Origin: a virus | Length of the DNA: 64,000 nucleotides | IMG/VR virus record: IMGVR_UViG_3300044957_000619 | Reading direction: 5' to 3' (one strand) | In this document: piece after piece, positions 36,547-46,982 of the stretch | Numbering within the stretch: the stretch's first letter is position 1 | Layout: every line of letters begins with the position of its first letter | Made by a program: the position numbers and the translations under genes | The notes under the pieces: generated by a model | What the model was told of the DNA's origin: nothing | The model's input: the letters and a program-made list of their open reading frames with translations, nothing else | The model's database searches: none

Positions 36547-37025
36547 TATTTTTTATGTTTTGAAATTTCTACTGCAGCAAGTTGTTTTAATGCTGCTCGT
36601 TTTGATTTTGGTCGTTTAGATAATCGGCGTCCCGATTTAGTAGTAGCAAAATATCCAGCTTCCGTTTTTTCAATGCGCTCTGGCATCATTTGTTTGAGCT
36701 GATCTTTAAAGTCAGCTGGAATGAATTGTGGTCGTGATGTATTTCCACCAAAGCCTGACACTTCTTGTGTTTCGTCATGAAGCGCATTCATTAAAAAATC
36801 ACCTACTTCTTGAATATCATCCTTGGATGTAGCAATATGATCGGCTGCCCAATCATGTCCATTGCTCAATATGCGTTGAACGTGACGCGGATCCATTTGC
36901 AACATGGCATCTACATATTTTTTAATTGTTTTTAGATTGCCAAAAAACATGTAGTTTGCATTTTTATCACCACAAACTCCGGTAGTTCCCCCACAACCAC
37001 AACTGCATTCGTTGAGTCGTTTCAT
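36546..37025 (-). CDS. Hypothetical virion-type protein
   Basis: MKRLNE-CSCGCG; HDWAADHIAT; ALKQLAAVEISKH. Confidence 0.6.
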   Translation of the reverse strand: MKRLNECSCGCGGTTGVCGDKNANYMFFGNLKTIKKYVDAMLQMDPRHVQRILSNGHDWAADHIATSKDDIQEVGDFLMNALHDETQEVSGFGGNTSRPQFIPADFKDQLKQMMPERIEKTEAGYFATTKSGRRLSKRPKSKRAALKQLAAVEISKHKK

Positions 37026-37026
37026 A

Positions 37027-37197
37027 TTAAGCCTTTGCTAATACCGACCAAACAGTTCCGGTTAAAGTAATAACGCCGCCAATGATTTCCGTAGCAGTAG
37101 TTTCATCAATAAGTCCTTTGGTTACTAAAATACCCCCAACAAATGTTAAGGTGTGTCGAAGAATGCCGAGCAATTGTTCTCGTGTTAAACGTTTCAT
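37027..37197 (-). CDS. Two-TM holin-like protein (56 aa)
   Basis: Not in ORF track; MKRLTREQLLGILRHTLTFVGGILVTKGLID...GGVITLTGTVWSVLAKA. Confidence 0.65.
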   Translation of the reverse strand: MKRLTREQLLGILRHTLTFVGGILVTKGLIDETTATEIIGGVITLTGTVWSVLAKA

Positions 37198-37232
37198 TGT
37201 TTTCCTTTTTTATATAAATATATGTTATTAGA

Positions 37233-38258
37233 TTATATTGCAGTCCAACCTGCGGGGTCTGATTCTTTAAAAACATAAAGTACTCCCGCAGCATCATCCC
37301 AATATATTGAACCTGCAACAGCTTGGTCTGGTCGATCGTTTGGTAATACAAACTTACCAGTAAATCCAACGCCACCAAGTCCGGCTAAGTTTATTATGCC
37401 ATTTTTATCTGCAGTTAGATTTGTATTGTCATCAAGTTGTCCGGAAAATCCAATACTAGATCCGGATATAAATGTTGATCCGGTTACTAATAATGCGGTT
37501 TGATTGAAAGCAGTGCCTATTCTTAACGACCCTGATACTGCTAATGAACCGGTAACACCCATTGACCCGGTAACTTGTGCACTACCCGTAAATGGAAATC
37601 CAACACCGGATCCACCTCCCGCATTAAGAGCAAATGATGCCGTTACTGCGTATGATGAACTCAATGCCGACAAGGCATAACTTGCCGTTACGGGAACATT
37701 TCCAGCATAAGAAGCACTTAATGCAGTTGTAGCATATGATGCTGTTCCTAATAAAGAGCCTGTTATTGATGATGCGTTAACAGAACCAGTAACATATAAC
37801 TCATTTGTTACTTTTAAACTACCTGATATACCTACATTTGCCCAAGTACTTGAATCAATTGACATCCAGCCGTTGTTAACTAATCCCGTACTAAGGCCGC
37901 CAATAAAGCTAATACGTTTATTAGCTCCTCCAGTATCAGTTAACTGCAATATACTAGAATCTCCGTTGCCTATTAACAGGTATTGATCAATATTTGTAAA
38001 CTGAATTGAAGCTGTTGCGTTTGAATCGTTTTCTGTAAATACAATTTTTGAAGTACCGCTGTTATTAGTTAAAGCAATATTGTTATCTACTGTAATTACG
38101 GGCCCTGTTAATGCACCAACTAACGATCCCGTAAATGATCCGGTTGCAACGACTGTCGTTGTTGTGCTAGTACCATCCAATGCATCTATGATATTTGTTA
38201 TGTGTGTGGGTTGTATAGTACTTCCACCCGTAATACCTGTTCTACTTATTGTTCCCAT
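37233..38258 (-). CDS. Tail fibre / structural protein
   Basis: Ser/Thr/Gly-rich TGS and TASYA repeats, FPFTGSA, GSIYWD. Confidence 0.7.
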   Translation of the reverse strand: MGTISRTGITGGSTIQPTHITNIIDALDGTSTTTTVVATGSFTGSLVGALTGPVITVDNNIALTNNSGTSKIVFTENDSNATASIQFTNIDQYLLIGNGDSSILQLTDTGGANKRISFIGGLSTGLVNNGWMSIDSSTWANVGISGSLKVTNELYVTGSVNASSITGSLLGTASYATTALSASYAGNVPVTASYALSALSSSYAVTASFALNAGGGSGVGFPFTGSAQVTGSMGVTGSLAVSGSLRIGTAFNQTALLVTGSTFISGSSIGFSGQLDDNTNLTADKNGIINLAGLGGVGFTGKFVLPNDRPDQAVAGSIYWDDAAGVLYVFKESDPAGWTAI

Positions 38259-38439
38259 TTATGTCCTTGTTTCGTTTTTTGTATATTGGCCAATTTTTTG
38301 TTTTTTCATTGAGCCATTCTTGTCGTTCACCACATCCGCAATCTTCATCTAAAAGTTTAGCAATTTGTTTTGCTAATTGATCTAAACGAGTTGCACTAGT
38401 GATGCGTTTGATATCATCTCCTAAACCTCTACTTGCCAT
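38242..38439 (-). CDS. Conserved small phage protein
   Basis: SRGLGD...DCGCGERQEWLN. Confidence 0.65.
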   Translation of the reverse strand: MASRGLGDDIKRITSATRLDQLAKQIAKLLDEDCGCGERQEWLNEKTKNWPIYKKRNKDINGNNK

Positions 38440-39466
38440 ATCTACTCTCATTTCGTATTTTGTTTAATAATTGCATCATAACCGTTTGCCATTGAGGCGT
38501 ATGTGGTATTTCAAATACCCGAGTACCTGGATATTCATATGATTGTTCGGGATGCATTAATTGCATATGGCCCGTATCATCAATACCTAATACTTTATAT
38601 GGTACTCGTTGCATTGTAATTCGATTGCCTGGAATCATAGTACAACGTCCAGGATGTTTCCACTGTCCTTGTGAATCGGCAACGCCTCCGGTTTTTTTGA
38701 TAATCATGTCCCATTCTGTTTCTGTAAGTTTGCGTTGTTTAGTAACATGTTGAGCGAGTGAATCTATTATAGTTTCATCAATTATCAATCGATTAGAAGT
38801 TATGCGATGAAGCATTACTTTTATTTGATCAATCAATCCTTTGTTTCGCAAATATTTGAAAGCTAAATTTTCTATAGAATATTCGCCTGCAGCATCTAGT
38901 CCCGCTTGACGAAGATTACGCAATTTGACTAAGATGCGTTTTATTTTTGACTCAGCATTTGAATCTGTAGTATCAATATTGTTTATTTCAAATTCGTATG
39001 GCTGAGCTTTTTGTTGTATTAATTCATCATCGATTGATATTGTGTCTGCATCAGGTTTACGTATCCATTTATTATTCATTACAGAAAATATACCGACTGA
39101 TCCGTGCAAACTTTCGTTTGAATCTTGAGCATACAATTCAATGTTCATGCCTTTATATGTTAACGGATATTTAGAATTCCATATGCTTTTTTTGGCTTGT
39201 AGATATTGCTGAACTAAATATAAATTATCGCCTACATTCAAATAATTTACAACAACATGTAAATCTATGTCACTATGTTCTGTCCAATTATAGTTTGCAT
39301 TGCTACCAATCAATATGACATCTAATATAGGAGCATCAATTTCTAGAGAATCATGAAATGCAGTTGCAATTTTCATAAAACCAGCACGCAGCTTCTTAGA
39401 CAAACATTGATTCGTTGTCCATAGTTTTGGGTTGAGTTGATGTTGTGTTTCGTATTCGTTCAGCAT
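38429..39466 (-). CDS. Pol-beta-superfamily nucleotidyltransferase-like protein
   Basis: GSNANYNWTEHSDIDLH (hG[GS]...DhD) plus IELYAQD third acid. Confidence 0.75.
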   Translation of the reverse strand: MLNEYETQHQLNPKLWTTNQCLSKKLRAGFMKIATAFHDSLEIDAPILDVILIGSNANYNWTEHSDIDLHVVVNYLNVGDNLYLVQQYLQAKKSIWNSKYPLTYKGMNIELYAQDSNESLHGSVGIFSVMNNKWIRKPDADTISIDDELIQQKAQPYEFEINNIDTTDSNAESKIKRILVKLRNLRQAGLDAAGEYSIENLAFKYLRNKGLIDQIKVMLHRITSNRLIIDETIIDSLAQHVTKQRKLTETEWDMIIKKTGGVADSQGQWKHPGRCTMIPGNRITMQRVPYKVLGIDDTGHMQLMHPEQSYEYPGTRVFEIPHTPQWQTVMMQLLNKIRNESRYGK

Positions 39467-39481
39467 TTTATATAAATATCA

Positions 39482-39829
39482 TTACTTCCAAAAGAGCTGT
39501 ACTAAAATAAGAGATACTGCTAACATCAATGAAACTGCAGTTTTTAGATTGATTGTTTCGCCTTTAAACATGTATGTCATGATGGTAAAAATAAAGATAC
39601 CCGCAACAAATGATATAAATCGCCCAGGCCAAAATTGTCCTCCAAAGCCTGATACTGCATAACGAGTTGCTTCCATGAAAGTCCATGTTATAGGAACACC
39701 TAAAAACATCAATGCAAGTTTATATGTTCGAGCCCACTGCCAAAGCAATGGTCCATTTATTTGAATCCAAACAACAATTTGGCTTAATACGAATATTGTT
39801 ATTGATAACGCAATGTGTCGATAATTCAT
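39482..39829 (-). CDS. Four-TM membrane protein (DMT/SMR-like)
   Basis: Four hydrophobic helices; likely start MNYRH. Confidence 0.6.
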   Translation of the reverse strand: MNYRHIALSITIFVLSQIVVWIQINGPLLWQWARTYKLALMFLGVPITWTFMEATRYAVSGFGGQFWPGRFISFVAGIFIFTIMTYMFKGETINLKTAVSLMLAVSLILVQLFWK

Positions 39830-40506
39830 TGCAAAGATTTTAGCATTGCAATCATACGAGGACAAGGATAAATGTCCGATTTATCTTTTCGATAAGAATT
39901 ATGCGTATAAACGCCCGGTTCTCCTTTCAAGGCGCTCGTTGATACCGTCCACATATCATCTTCCCGATATGTTAAATCAATGCTATAAGTTTCATTCCAA
40001 TATACCAGTAATTGACGCGTTGATTCAATTTGTGCATCAGTATATCGATGATAGAATTTATGTCCTTTATATGGAGTTTCTAATTCAGTAACTTGATCTG
40101 CAGGAATTTCTCGATCTACATAGTTATAAAATTTGCCATTAACTCGATCCAACGGGCCCCAGTTACAAATCTCAATACCAATTGCATGTTTATCTAATGC
40201 TCGGCGTAGCAAACCTTTTGATTTGAATACATCTGGTTTGATTCCTAAATGATATCCCCAATACTTAGATGAAAATGCTTGACAAATTTCGCCATCATAT
40301 GTATCTTTTGATTGACCTTTACCTGAAATTGTAACGCAGGTTGCAATGCGACCTCTATCATCCGTATCCCACATTCTAATAGTGCCAACGCCGGAAGAGT
40401 TGCCAGCAGTATGATGAAGTACAATTTGTTTCTTTTCTGTTGCTTCTTTAATGTATTGTGATTCGCTCAATGGAATTTGTTTGATTTTTGATGTATCTAG
40501 TTTCAT
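39826..40506 (-). CDS. N-acetylmuramoyl-L-alanine amidase (endolysin)
   Basis: IVLHHTAG, AIGIEICNWG, YTDAQIES, HNSYRKDKSD. Confidence 0.88.
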   Translation of the reverse strand: MKLDTSKIKQIPLSESQYIKEATEKKQIVLHHTAGNSSGVGTIRMWDTDDRGRIATCVTISGKGQSKDTYDGEICQAFSSKYWGYHLGIKPDVFKSKGLLRRALDKHAIGIEICNWGPLDRVNGKFYNYVDREIPADQVTELETPYKGHKFYHRYTDAQIESTRQLLVYWNETYSIDLTYREDDMWTVSTSALKGEPGVYTHNSYRKDKSDIYPCPRMIAMLKSLQ

Positions 40507-40509
40507 AAC

Positions 40510-40962
40510 TTAATCCTTTTGTCTTGTACCTTTATGTAAATCAATTTTGTCTAATATGTCTGTTAATAATTTGCCTTCAATGAATCCGGCCATCGATGCA
40601 TTTTTCAAAGCACTAACGATTTGGAAGAATATGAATGGTAACAATATCGTTTCACTCAACCAAGATGTTCCCGGAAAACCGTTTTCAATGATTAATAACA
40701 CTGTTAGGAACATGATCCAAACTACGCCTGTTCTTAAAATTTTAAGTGCTTTACATGTTTTAAAGCCTTCTCTTCGCGTTCCTACAATAATTCCAAATAT
40801 ACCATCTAATGCTACAGTAACAACAATTGCTAAGTATTGTTCGGCATTATTCATGGTCAAATTTAATAAATACGTGCAAAAAAATGATACTGTTGTTGCT
40901 ACTGACATCAATAATCCTGTTTTCATTCTATTCATACCTTTTTCATACAGTTGGTTCATCAT
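40510..40962 (-). CDS. Phage holin family protein
   Basis: Three to four TMs, LDGIFG, SALKNASMAGFI; directly upstream of amidase. Confidence 0.75.
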   Translation of the reverse strand: MMNQLYEKGMNRMKTGLLMSVATTVSFFCTYLLNLTMNNAEQYLAIVVTVALDGIFGIIVGTRREGFKTCKALKILRTGVVWIMFLTVLLIIENGFPGTSWLSETILLPFIFFQIVSALKNASMAGFIEGKLLTDILDKIDLHKGTRQKD

Positions 40963-41206
40963 CTTGTTTTTTTGAATGGTTTGAAAACTTGTCTACTACA
41001 GTCCCAAACATGGCAGCAATAACAATATATTCTACGGCATCAACTAAATATTCTGCGGGTGCAATAGATTTTGAATAAAGTGCGTTAATAAACATGATGA
41101 TTAGTAAAGACACAAATCCAACAAATCCAATTACGCGTTTAGACGAAACATTGCCTGATTGATCGTCAGATAACATTCGTTGAAAAAAGTTTTTGCTTTT
41201 ACTCAT
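40943..41206 (-). CDS. Two-TM membrane protein (holin/antiholin-like)
   Basis: GNVSSKRVIGFVGF; likely start MSKSK. Confidence 0.6.
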   Translation of the reverse strand: MSKSKNFFQRMLSDDQSGNVSSKRVIGFVGFVSLLIIMFINALYSKSIAPAEYLVDAVEYIVIAAMFGTVVDKFSNHSKKQDDEPTV

Positions 41207-41280
41207 TGTATTCCTTAATTTTGATAACATTTGTTTCATAGATAAATATACATTACTTTGAAATACCATTACACGTTTAT

Positions 41281-41568
41281 TCATTTTTTTGATACCGCTC
41301 TCCCAACCTGACGTTCCCAGTCTCTATCAGTACGTACTGAATTGTTCTTTTTAATAACGGAATCAATGATTGTGGAATCAACATTCAATGATTTTATTAA
41401 TGATTGTAATGCAGCAATATCTTTTGGAAAACAATGTCCTCCATATCCAAAATCACCATCTGGACCTGGAATAGACCAATGTGTATTACCTAATCGATCA
41501 TCATATCGAGCATATTCAATTACTTTATCATAATCAATATCTAATCCAATTATTCCTATTTTTTGCAT
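41281..41568 (-). pseudogene. UDP-glucose/GDP-mannose dehydrogenase with large in-frame internal deletion
   Basis: MQKIGIIG (first Rossmann strand) fused directly to central-domain DYDKV...DDRLG...GYGGHCFPKD. Confidence 0.8.
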
Positions 41569-42722
41569 ACTATTAAATCTTTTTGATATGTTTGTACATT
41601 CATTATTGTAATTTTAAGATTACCTAATTCAAACTGTTCTCCGGACTGCGTAAATTCTTCATGAAGATCAGATGCGTTTAATATTTCTGATAATTGTTGA
41701 ATATAGTTGAAATCTTGTTGAGAAAAACGAGAACCATCAATTTCAACTATGATATCATCATAATCATATCGATCTGCATCAGTTAATGAATGACACCGTT
41801 TTGTTAAATCATATAATGTTTTAGGTTGTTCTAATGTAATATATTTCATCCATTCTGCATCTGAATATATTCTATCACACCATGGTTCTAACAATGAAAG
41901 TAATTGTTGTGTACATTTTTCTGCACGAATTGCAACGTTATATTTAGGAAATATAATTGGATGCTGCCATTCGTCATTACGTATCCAACTACCCCATTTA
42001 CGAATATAATTTCGTCCTGCCTTTTCTGAAACTTGCTTGAAATAATCATCATCTTTACCAACTTCTTCAGTCCATCGATGTCCTCTGCAAGTTAAATGAT
42101 ATACAAATGCATCTCGGCTTTGAATTAATTCATATCCTGCTAAAATCCAACGTTGGAAAATATCCGAATCTTCATATGGAAATGGTGCAAACACCGGATC
42201 GTGTCCTCCTATTGCTTGAAAATCTTTTTTGTATAATATCCATGGTGCAAACATTCCTTTACTAGTTTGATTTTTAAATTCATTTTGAAGTTCTGCACAA
42301 TATGATTCAAATCCTAAAACATTTAATGTATCAAAATCTTGTCCAAAATCCATGATAATTTTTTCTTTTCCTGGTGGGTGTAGTGGTGGCTCGATACGAG
42401 TTGCACAGACAACTTTTCCAGGTTCTAAATGCTTTATCATATTCTCAATATAATTTGGGCCCAAAATCATATCAGCATGTAATATACCTACTATTTCGTT
42501 AGTAGCCATATCGATACCAGTATCATATAATATTGTATGACCTATACGTTCTTCGCTTCTAAATGAAATACATTCTTGTTGTTGAATCCATTCCCACGAC
42601 CCATCAGTCGACCCATCATCTAATAAAATAATTTCTGCTGCCGGAGCATGCTTTTTAATACTTGCGTACACATTCTTAAGATGCCGCAAATTGTTGTAAC
42701 TAGGAATTACTAATGTTATCAT
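41556..42722 (-). CDS. Glycosyltransferase family 2
   Basis: LVIPSYN, DDGSTDG, HADM, EDSD. Confidence 0.88.
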   Translation of the reverse strand: MITLVIPSYNNLRHLKNVYASIKKHAPAAEIILLDDGSTDGSWEWIQQQECISFRSEERIGHTILYDTGIDMATNEIVGILHADMILGPNYIENMIKHLEPGKVVCATRIEPPLHPPGKEKIIMDFGQDFDTLNVLGFESYCAELQNEFKNQTSKGMFAPWILYKKDFQAIGGHDPVFAPFPYEDSDIFQRWILAGYELIQSRDAFVYHLTCRGHRWTEEVGKDDDYFKQVSEKAGRNYIRKWGSWIRNDEWQHPIIFPKYNVAIRAEKCTQQLLSLLEPWCDRIYSDAEWMKYITLEQPKTLYDLTKRCHSLTDADRYDYDDIIVEIDGSRFSQQDFNYIQQLSEILNASDLHEEFTQSGEQFELGNLKITIMNVQTYQKDLIVCKK

Positions 42723-43408
42723 AATTTTTGAATTGTTAATGCCCATATAACATTGGGCGTGTGAATATTATATACCGAATAATACTTCGGATCATTGATT
42801 TCAGAACTCATTTCATCCCAATTTTGAAAATCAGCTGAATAATAAAATCGTTCGTTAGTTATTTGAAAACCATGTTTATTTAAAATTTGTTTAATTAATT
42901 CTTGTCGCCGATAATCATAGTATCGAAGAAATGGTTCTCCCGATTCTTCATAATTCATATACGGTCCAGCTGGTAATGTTATAATAAGTTTTGAATCTGC
43001 ATCCTTAAGTAGTTTACATGATTTTAATATTCCTCTAATATCATGATTCCAATAGCATACATCATCTTCTACTAATCCATCGGCCATTCTATTACCAGCA
43101 AACCAGAATCCAAAGTGCTCAAATACTGAAATTGAAATAATATAATCAAATTGACGAGTTTCATCAAATTTAATGAAATCGCATTGAACATGTTCCCAGT
43201 CCGTATTTTGTCTTAACCAATATTCTGGCAAAGATGGCATAATGTCTGTGGTAGATACATTTGTAAACCCCTTTTCATGTATAGTTTCTGAAATACCTTC
43301 GTGTCCGCCTTGACATTCTCCAATAATTAATACTGATTTTGAATTATCAGTTAACTGATCTGCAAAGTATGGAACTTCTACAATCTTTGTTCCTTTTAAT
43401 TGATTCAT
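42719..43408 (-). CDS. SAM-dependent methyltransferase-like protein
   Basis: VLIIGE, TTDI, FDYIISISVFEHFG. Confidence 0.7.
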   Translation of the reverse strand: MNQLKGTKIVEVPYFADQLTDNSKSVLIIGECQGGHEGISETIHEKGFTNVSTTDIMPSLPEYWLRQNTDWEHVQCDFIKFDETRQFDYIISISVFEHFGFWFAGNRMADGLVEDDVCYWNHDIRGILKSCKLLKDADSKLIITLPAGPYMNYEESGEPFLRYYDYRRQELIKQILNKHGFQITNERFYYSADFQNWDEMSSEINDPKYYSVYNIHTPNVIWALTIQKL

Positions 43409-44127
43409 ATTGTATAATTTTCTCCGTAATTTCTTAATTTGAAATATAAATCTTTATATGTAGAATTAAGAAAATAATTGTACATTCCATGTTCAGCTCG
43501 TTGACAAAATTCAGATACGCCAATATTGATTTTATTTTCTTTAAAGGTCAATGAATTCATGTGAGCAATTGTATTATTATCTGATACTATAGTTTTTAAT
43601 CCTAAAGAATCTGCAATGCATCCGGCATAAAAATCTAAGCCCCATCCATGTATTAACTCTGCAGGAAATTGCTGGATTTGTTCTAAAATATCTCTTCGAA
43701 GTAATGGAGCTTGGAAATCTATCCAACTAACTTCTCGCAAACTCTTTCCCCAATTCCACATTTGTTTCCAATGGCATTGTTCGATTGATGCATTGATAAC
43801 AGTTGCAGAATATACTGCAGCATCTGATTCTCGTGCTTCTCGCAATGACGTAGTTAAAAATGCAGGACCATGAAATACTAAATCGTTGTTTAAAAAATAT
43901 AAGTATTCATGTTTTGTTTGTAAAAAATAATCAAGTACTACATTAAATCCGCCGCCAAAGTATACATTTTCTTCTAGACGATGAGTAGTTGATTGTGCTA
44001 AAGATTCTGTTGATCCATTGTCTACAACCATTAATTCGCAATTAGAAAATAATGGGTCTCGCTGTAGTTGCGTAATTAAATTATCTGTCCAAATTGGCAG
44101 ATTATGATTAAGTGTTGCTATTAACAT
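43405..44127 (-). CDS. Glycosyltransferase family 2
   Basis: VVDNGS, FLNNDL, GWGLD; likely start MLIATLNHN. Confidence 0.8.
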   Translation of the reverse strand: MLIATLNHNLPIWTDNLITQLQRDPLFSNCELMVVDNGSTESLAQSTTHRLEENVYFGGGFNVVLDYFLQTKHEYLYFLNNDLVFHGPAFLTTSLREARESDAAVYSATVINASIEQCHWKQMWNWGKSLREVSWIDFQAPLLRRDILEQIQQFPAELIHGWGLDFYAGCIADSLGLKTIVSDNNTIAHMNSLTFKENKINIGVSEFCQRAEHGMYNYFLNSTYKDLYFKLRNYGENYTI

Positions 44128-44953
44128 ATGGCGGACGTTCCTGTTGAAAAATAAAATTTGTTTTAAATAAATTAAGATATTTTTTATAGTTTTCCAAATT
44201 ATTTGAGTTAATCCATCGTTCAATATATGGATGTAAATCATTAAATGAACAACTAAATCGATTTTCTAAATATGGAAAATAACCAGATCTAGAAACTATA
44301 AACGGAAATATGCCCTCAAAATAATATCGATCTAATTTGTTAGTAAACCAATTAGGCGAAATTAATTTAAAAAAATTCTTAATTGGTTTATTATTTATTA
44401 CATAAATTGTATGAATATAAAAAAAGTTTGCATGAGTACATGGTAGTTGATTAGACAAAATATTTGACATTAAATTGATTTCGCAATCTGTATTTTCATA
44501 GTTAATATGCGATTCATATTCTAACCCTAACATTCCATATGAGCCGATATCATTATTTGAATTAATAAATGTTTCTACATCGGTAGATTTTGATAACAAA
44601 TTATCAATATACCATTCGCGCAAATAATCGCTATGCGAATTAACACCGCTTTTAGTATGAATGAACCAATAATTTTCATATTCTTTTTTTGATTCATATA
44701 AATGTTTTAATGCAATCTGATATGCAGATGCATCACTTAAAGAATATAATTCGGGCAAACATCGATCCATGGATATAACGTTAATGTTATACGTACGAAT
44801 AATATCTTCAACGCATGATAAACTAACATGATTGATGCCTATGAAGATATCATAATTGCTAAATTTAGATTCAAAAATTTGTAAAAATCTATGCAATACA
44901 AATAAACGATCTTCCGTTAGTATAGTGCAAGAAAAAATTACGCAACTTTTCAT
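44108..44953 (-). CDS. Putative glycosyltransferase/polysaccharide-synthesis protein
   Basis: WFIHTKSG and RYYFE motifs like rhamnan-synthesis-type proteins; inside glycan cluster. Confidence 0.5.
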   Translation of the reverse strand: MKSCVIFSCTILTEDRLFVLHRFLQIFESKFSNYDIFIGINHVSLSCVEDIIRTYNINVISMDRCLPELYSLSDASAYQIALKHLYESKKEYENYWFIHTKSGVNSHSDYLREWYIDNLLSKSTDVETFINSNNDIGSYGMLGLEYESHINYENTDCEINLMSNILSNQLPCTHANFFYIHTIYVINNKPIKNFFKLISPNWFTNKLDRYYFEGIFPFIVSRSGYFPYLENRFSCSFNDLHPYIERWINSNNLENYKKYLNLFKTNFIFQQERPPYVNSNT

Positions 44954-45567
44954 TTTTTAATAATAAATGCTATTGGTGAAACGTTACCCATTTCGATATT
45001 CAACTGTGCAATATTGTCATTAAGATATTGCATTTCATAATCAGTCATACAATTACTTTGAATTTGTTTTGTTTTATTAAAATCATATAGCATTGCTAAC
45101 GTATCAGTGTCGCCCGTTCTAGTGTAATTAGAATTACCTGATGTATGTAAATCTTCAATAACAAAGATACCGCCAGGTTTTAAATATTTAAACATTGTTG
45201 CTAATGTAATTTGCTGTTGATGCATCCAATGCCCGCCGTCATCGATAATAATATCATATTCATTAAACGTTTTTGATACTAGAAATTCCAATTGTTTTCG
45301 ATCTGACTGATCGCATATATGAATTTGGGTATTTGGTAACTGAATATGGGATAAATCTAAAATATCAACGCCAACTAAACAACCCGTTTCAAAATAATCT
45401 CGCCACATTCGAATGCTTTCGCCTTCCCATAGTCCAATTTCTAAAAAAGTTTTTAATGAGTTTCTATATTTAGAAAAGTATTTTTCATAAATTTGTAAAT
45501 AATTATGATATACATTGCCTTTATCGCTACGATAGTTTTTACTAATTTCTTCTAAATTTTGTTTCAT
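44950..45567 (-). CDS. Class I SAM-dependent (sugar O-) methyltransferase
   Basis: SDKG..HNY, LEIG, DQSDR, IIIDDGGH, GGIFVIEDLHTS. Confidence 0.85.
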   Translation of the reverse strand: MKQNLEEISKNYRSDKGNVYHNYLQIYEKYFSKYRNSLKTFLEIGLWEGESIRMWRDYFETGCLVGVDILDLSHIQLPNTQIHICDQSDRKQLEFLVSKTFNEYDIIIDDGGHWMHQQQITLATMFKYLKPGGIFVIEDLHTSGNSNYTRTGDTDTLAMLYDFNKTKQIQSNCMTDYEMQYLNDNIAQLNIEMGNVSPIAFIIKK

Positions 45568-45571
45568 AAGT

Positions 45572-46357
45572 TTATTCCATAAATTGATATATTGATTGCA
45601 TACCTATACCCAAGTATAGTTTTGCAATTTTAGTTAGATCATATCCAAACTTTACATCATAATCATATTGATTCGGATAATGATAATTTTTAAATAAAGG
45701 ACCGCGCGGTATTAATCGAATTATTTGACTATGAAATAACCATTCCCCATACCAAGTAAATTCAGATCCATTTACTTGAATTAAATCACTAAATTTTAAT
45801 TCATTTGGTTGAATATATTCAGTTTCTAAATTTTGCCAAACTTTAGAAGACCATATGGTGGGGCCTGGGCCAAAATCATAGACGGCGCCGCTCCTACCAA
45901 ATAATTCCATAATTTGTAATCGTTCTTGAAGAAATGATTGGTATGGATCAAACCCTATAGGATGTTTGTCTAGAAATTCAAAAAATGATTTATATTCATG
46001 ACAAATCGTATATGGTGTTTCATTGTCAAACATAAAATCATTAACATAAAATGGTTTTATAAAAAAACAATCTGAATCTATGCATACATAATTTTCGCAA
46101 AGGCCTAACTTCCAAAATTGACTTTTAACAATTTGTTGTCCTTTCCAACCATCATTATTAGAGTCAATTGATTCATCTTCTATTAGTTCATAACCCGTAG
46201 TTCCCAATACCCGTTTAAATAAGTTAATATCTTTTTGTGGCACTGAAATAAAAAATGGTATTTGATCTACGTTAAATTTTATAACGCTATCTAATAGCTT
46301 TTTAGCTATATGTACATCTTTATCATAGCTTTTACAATATAAAACTATTTTATGCAT
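45572..46357 (-). CDS. GT-A-fold protein (DUF6492-like)
   Basis: GWKGQQIVK, CIDSD, SEFTWYG. Confidence 0.65.
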   Translation of the reverse strand: MHKIVLYCKSYDKDVHIAKKLLDSVIKFNVDQIPFFISVPQKDINLFKRVLGTTGYELIEDESIDSNNDGWKGQQIVKSQFWKLGLCENYVCIDSDCFFIKPFYVNDFMFDNETPYTICHEYKSFFEFLDKHPIGFDPYQSFLQERLQIMELFGRSGAVYDFGPGPTIWSSKVWQNLETEYIQPNELKFSDLIQVNGSEFTWYGEWLFHSQIIRLIPRGPLFKNYHYPNQYDYDVKFGYDLTKIAKLYLGIGMQSIYQFME

Positions 46358-46982
46358 ACAATGTAACTATTTTATATGATTCAACCAAGCCTTGTCCTTT
46401 TTTCATACATTGAAAATTACTATGAAATCCATCCAATACAAAATCTCCAAAATATTCATGATGAATTTGTGATTTAAATTCATGTAACATTTTTTTCTTA
46501 ATATAATAAAAATCTCCCAAAGAAACAAATAAATTAGGAGTCCACTTATCTAACGTTGATGGAGATTTATATTGAATTATACTATACGGAGTTACTCGTG
46601 CCAATGGCGCGGCAAATGAAGAAATTAATACATGTTCAAAATGACTATCAAATTGCGTAGTAGTCATAATGCAATCATAGTGATATTTTTTTGTAAAATT
46701 TGTTTCTATATAATTTATCCATTCGTCGACACCGCGTTCTTTCAAATATTTAACATCGCTAAAATATAAATTACAATTTTTAGAATTTGTTACCGACCAT
46801 GCATTTTTTACCTCTTGAATACGCGAAGGTCCAGATGATGTATCACAATCTCCCCCTTGTGTTAAGCATAGTATATCGAATTCTGTATCTGCATGTTTAA
46901 GAATAACCCCTGCCATACTATATTCAGTATCATCCGGATGCGGACTTAAACATAATACTCTATTAAAATTTAAAAATTTCAT
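46350..46982 (-). CDS. PIG-L/LmbE-family deacetylase
   Basis: SPHPDDTE, DSHFEH, FKSQ. Confidence 0.88.
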   Translation of the reverse strand: MKFLNFNRVLCLSPHPDDTEYSMAGVILKHADTEFDILCLTQGGDCDTSSGPSRIQEVKNAWSVTNSKNCNLYFSDVKYLKERGVDEWINYIETNFTKKYHYDCIMTTTQFDSHFEHVLISSFAAPLARVTPYSIIQYKSPSTLDKWTPNLFVSLGDFYYIKKKMLHEFKSQIHHEYFGDFVLDGFHSNFQCMKKGQGLVESYKIVTLYA

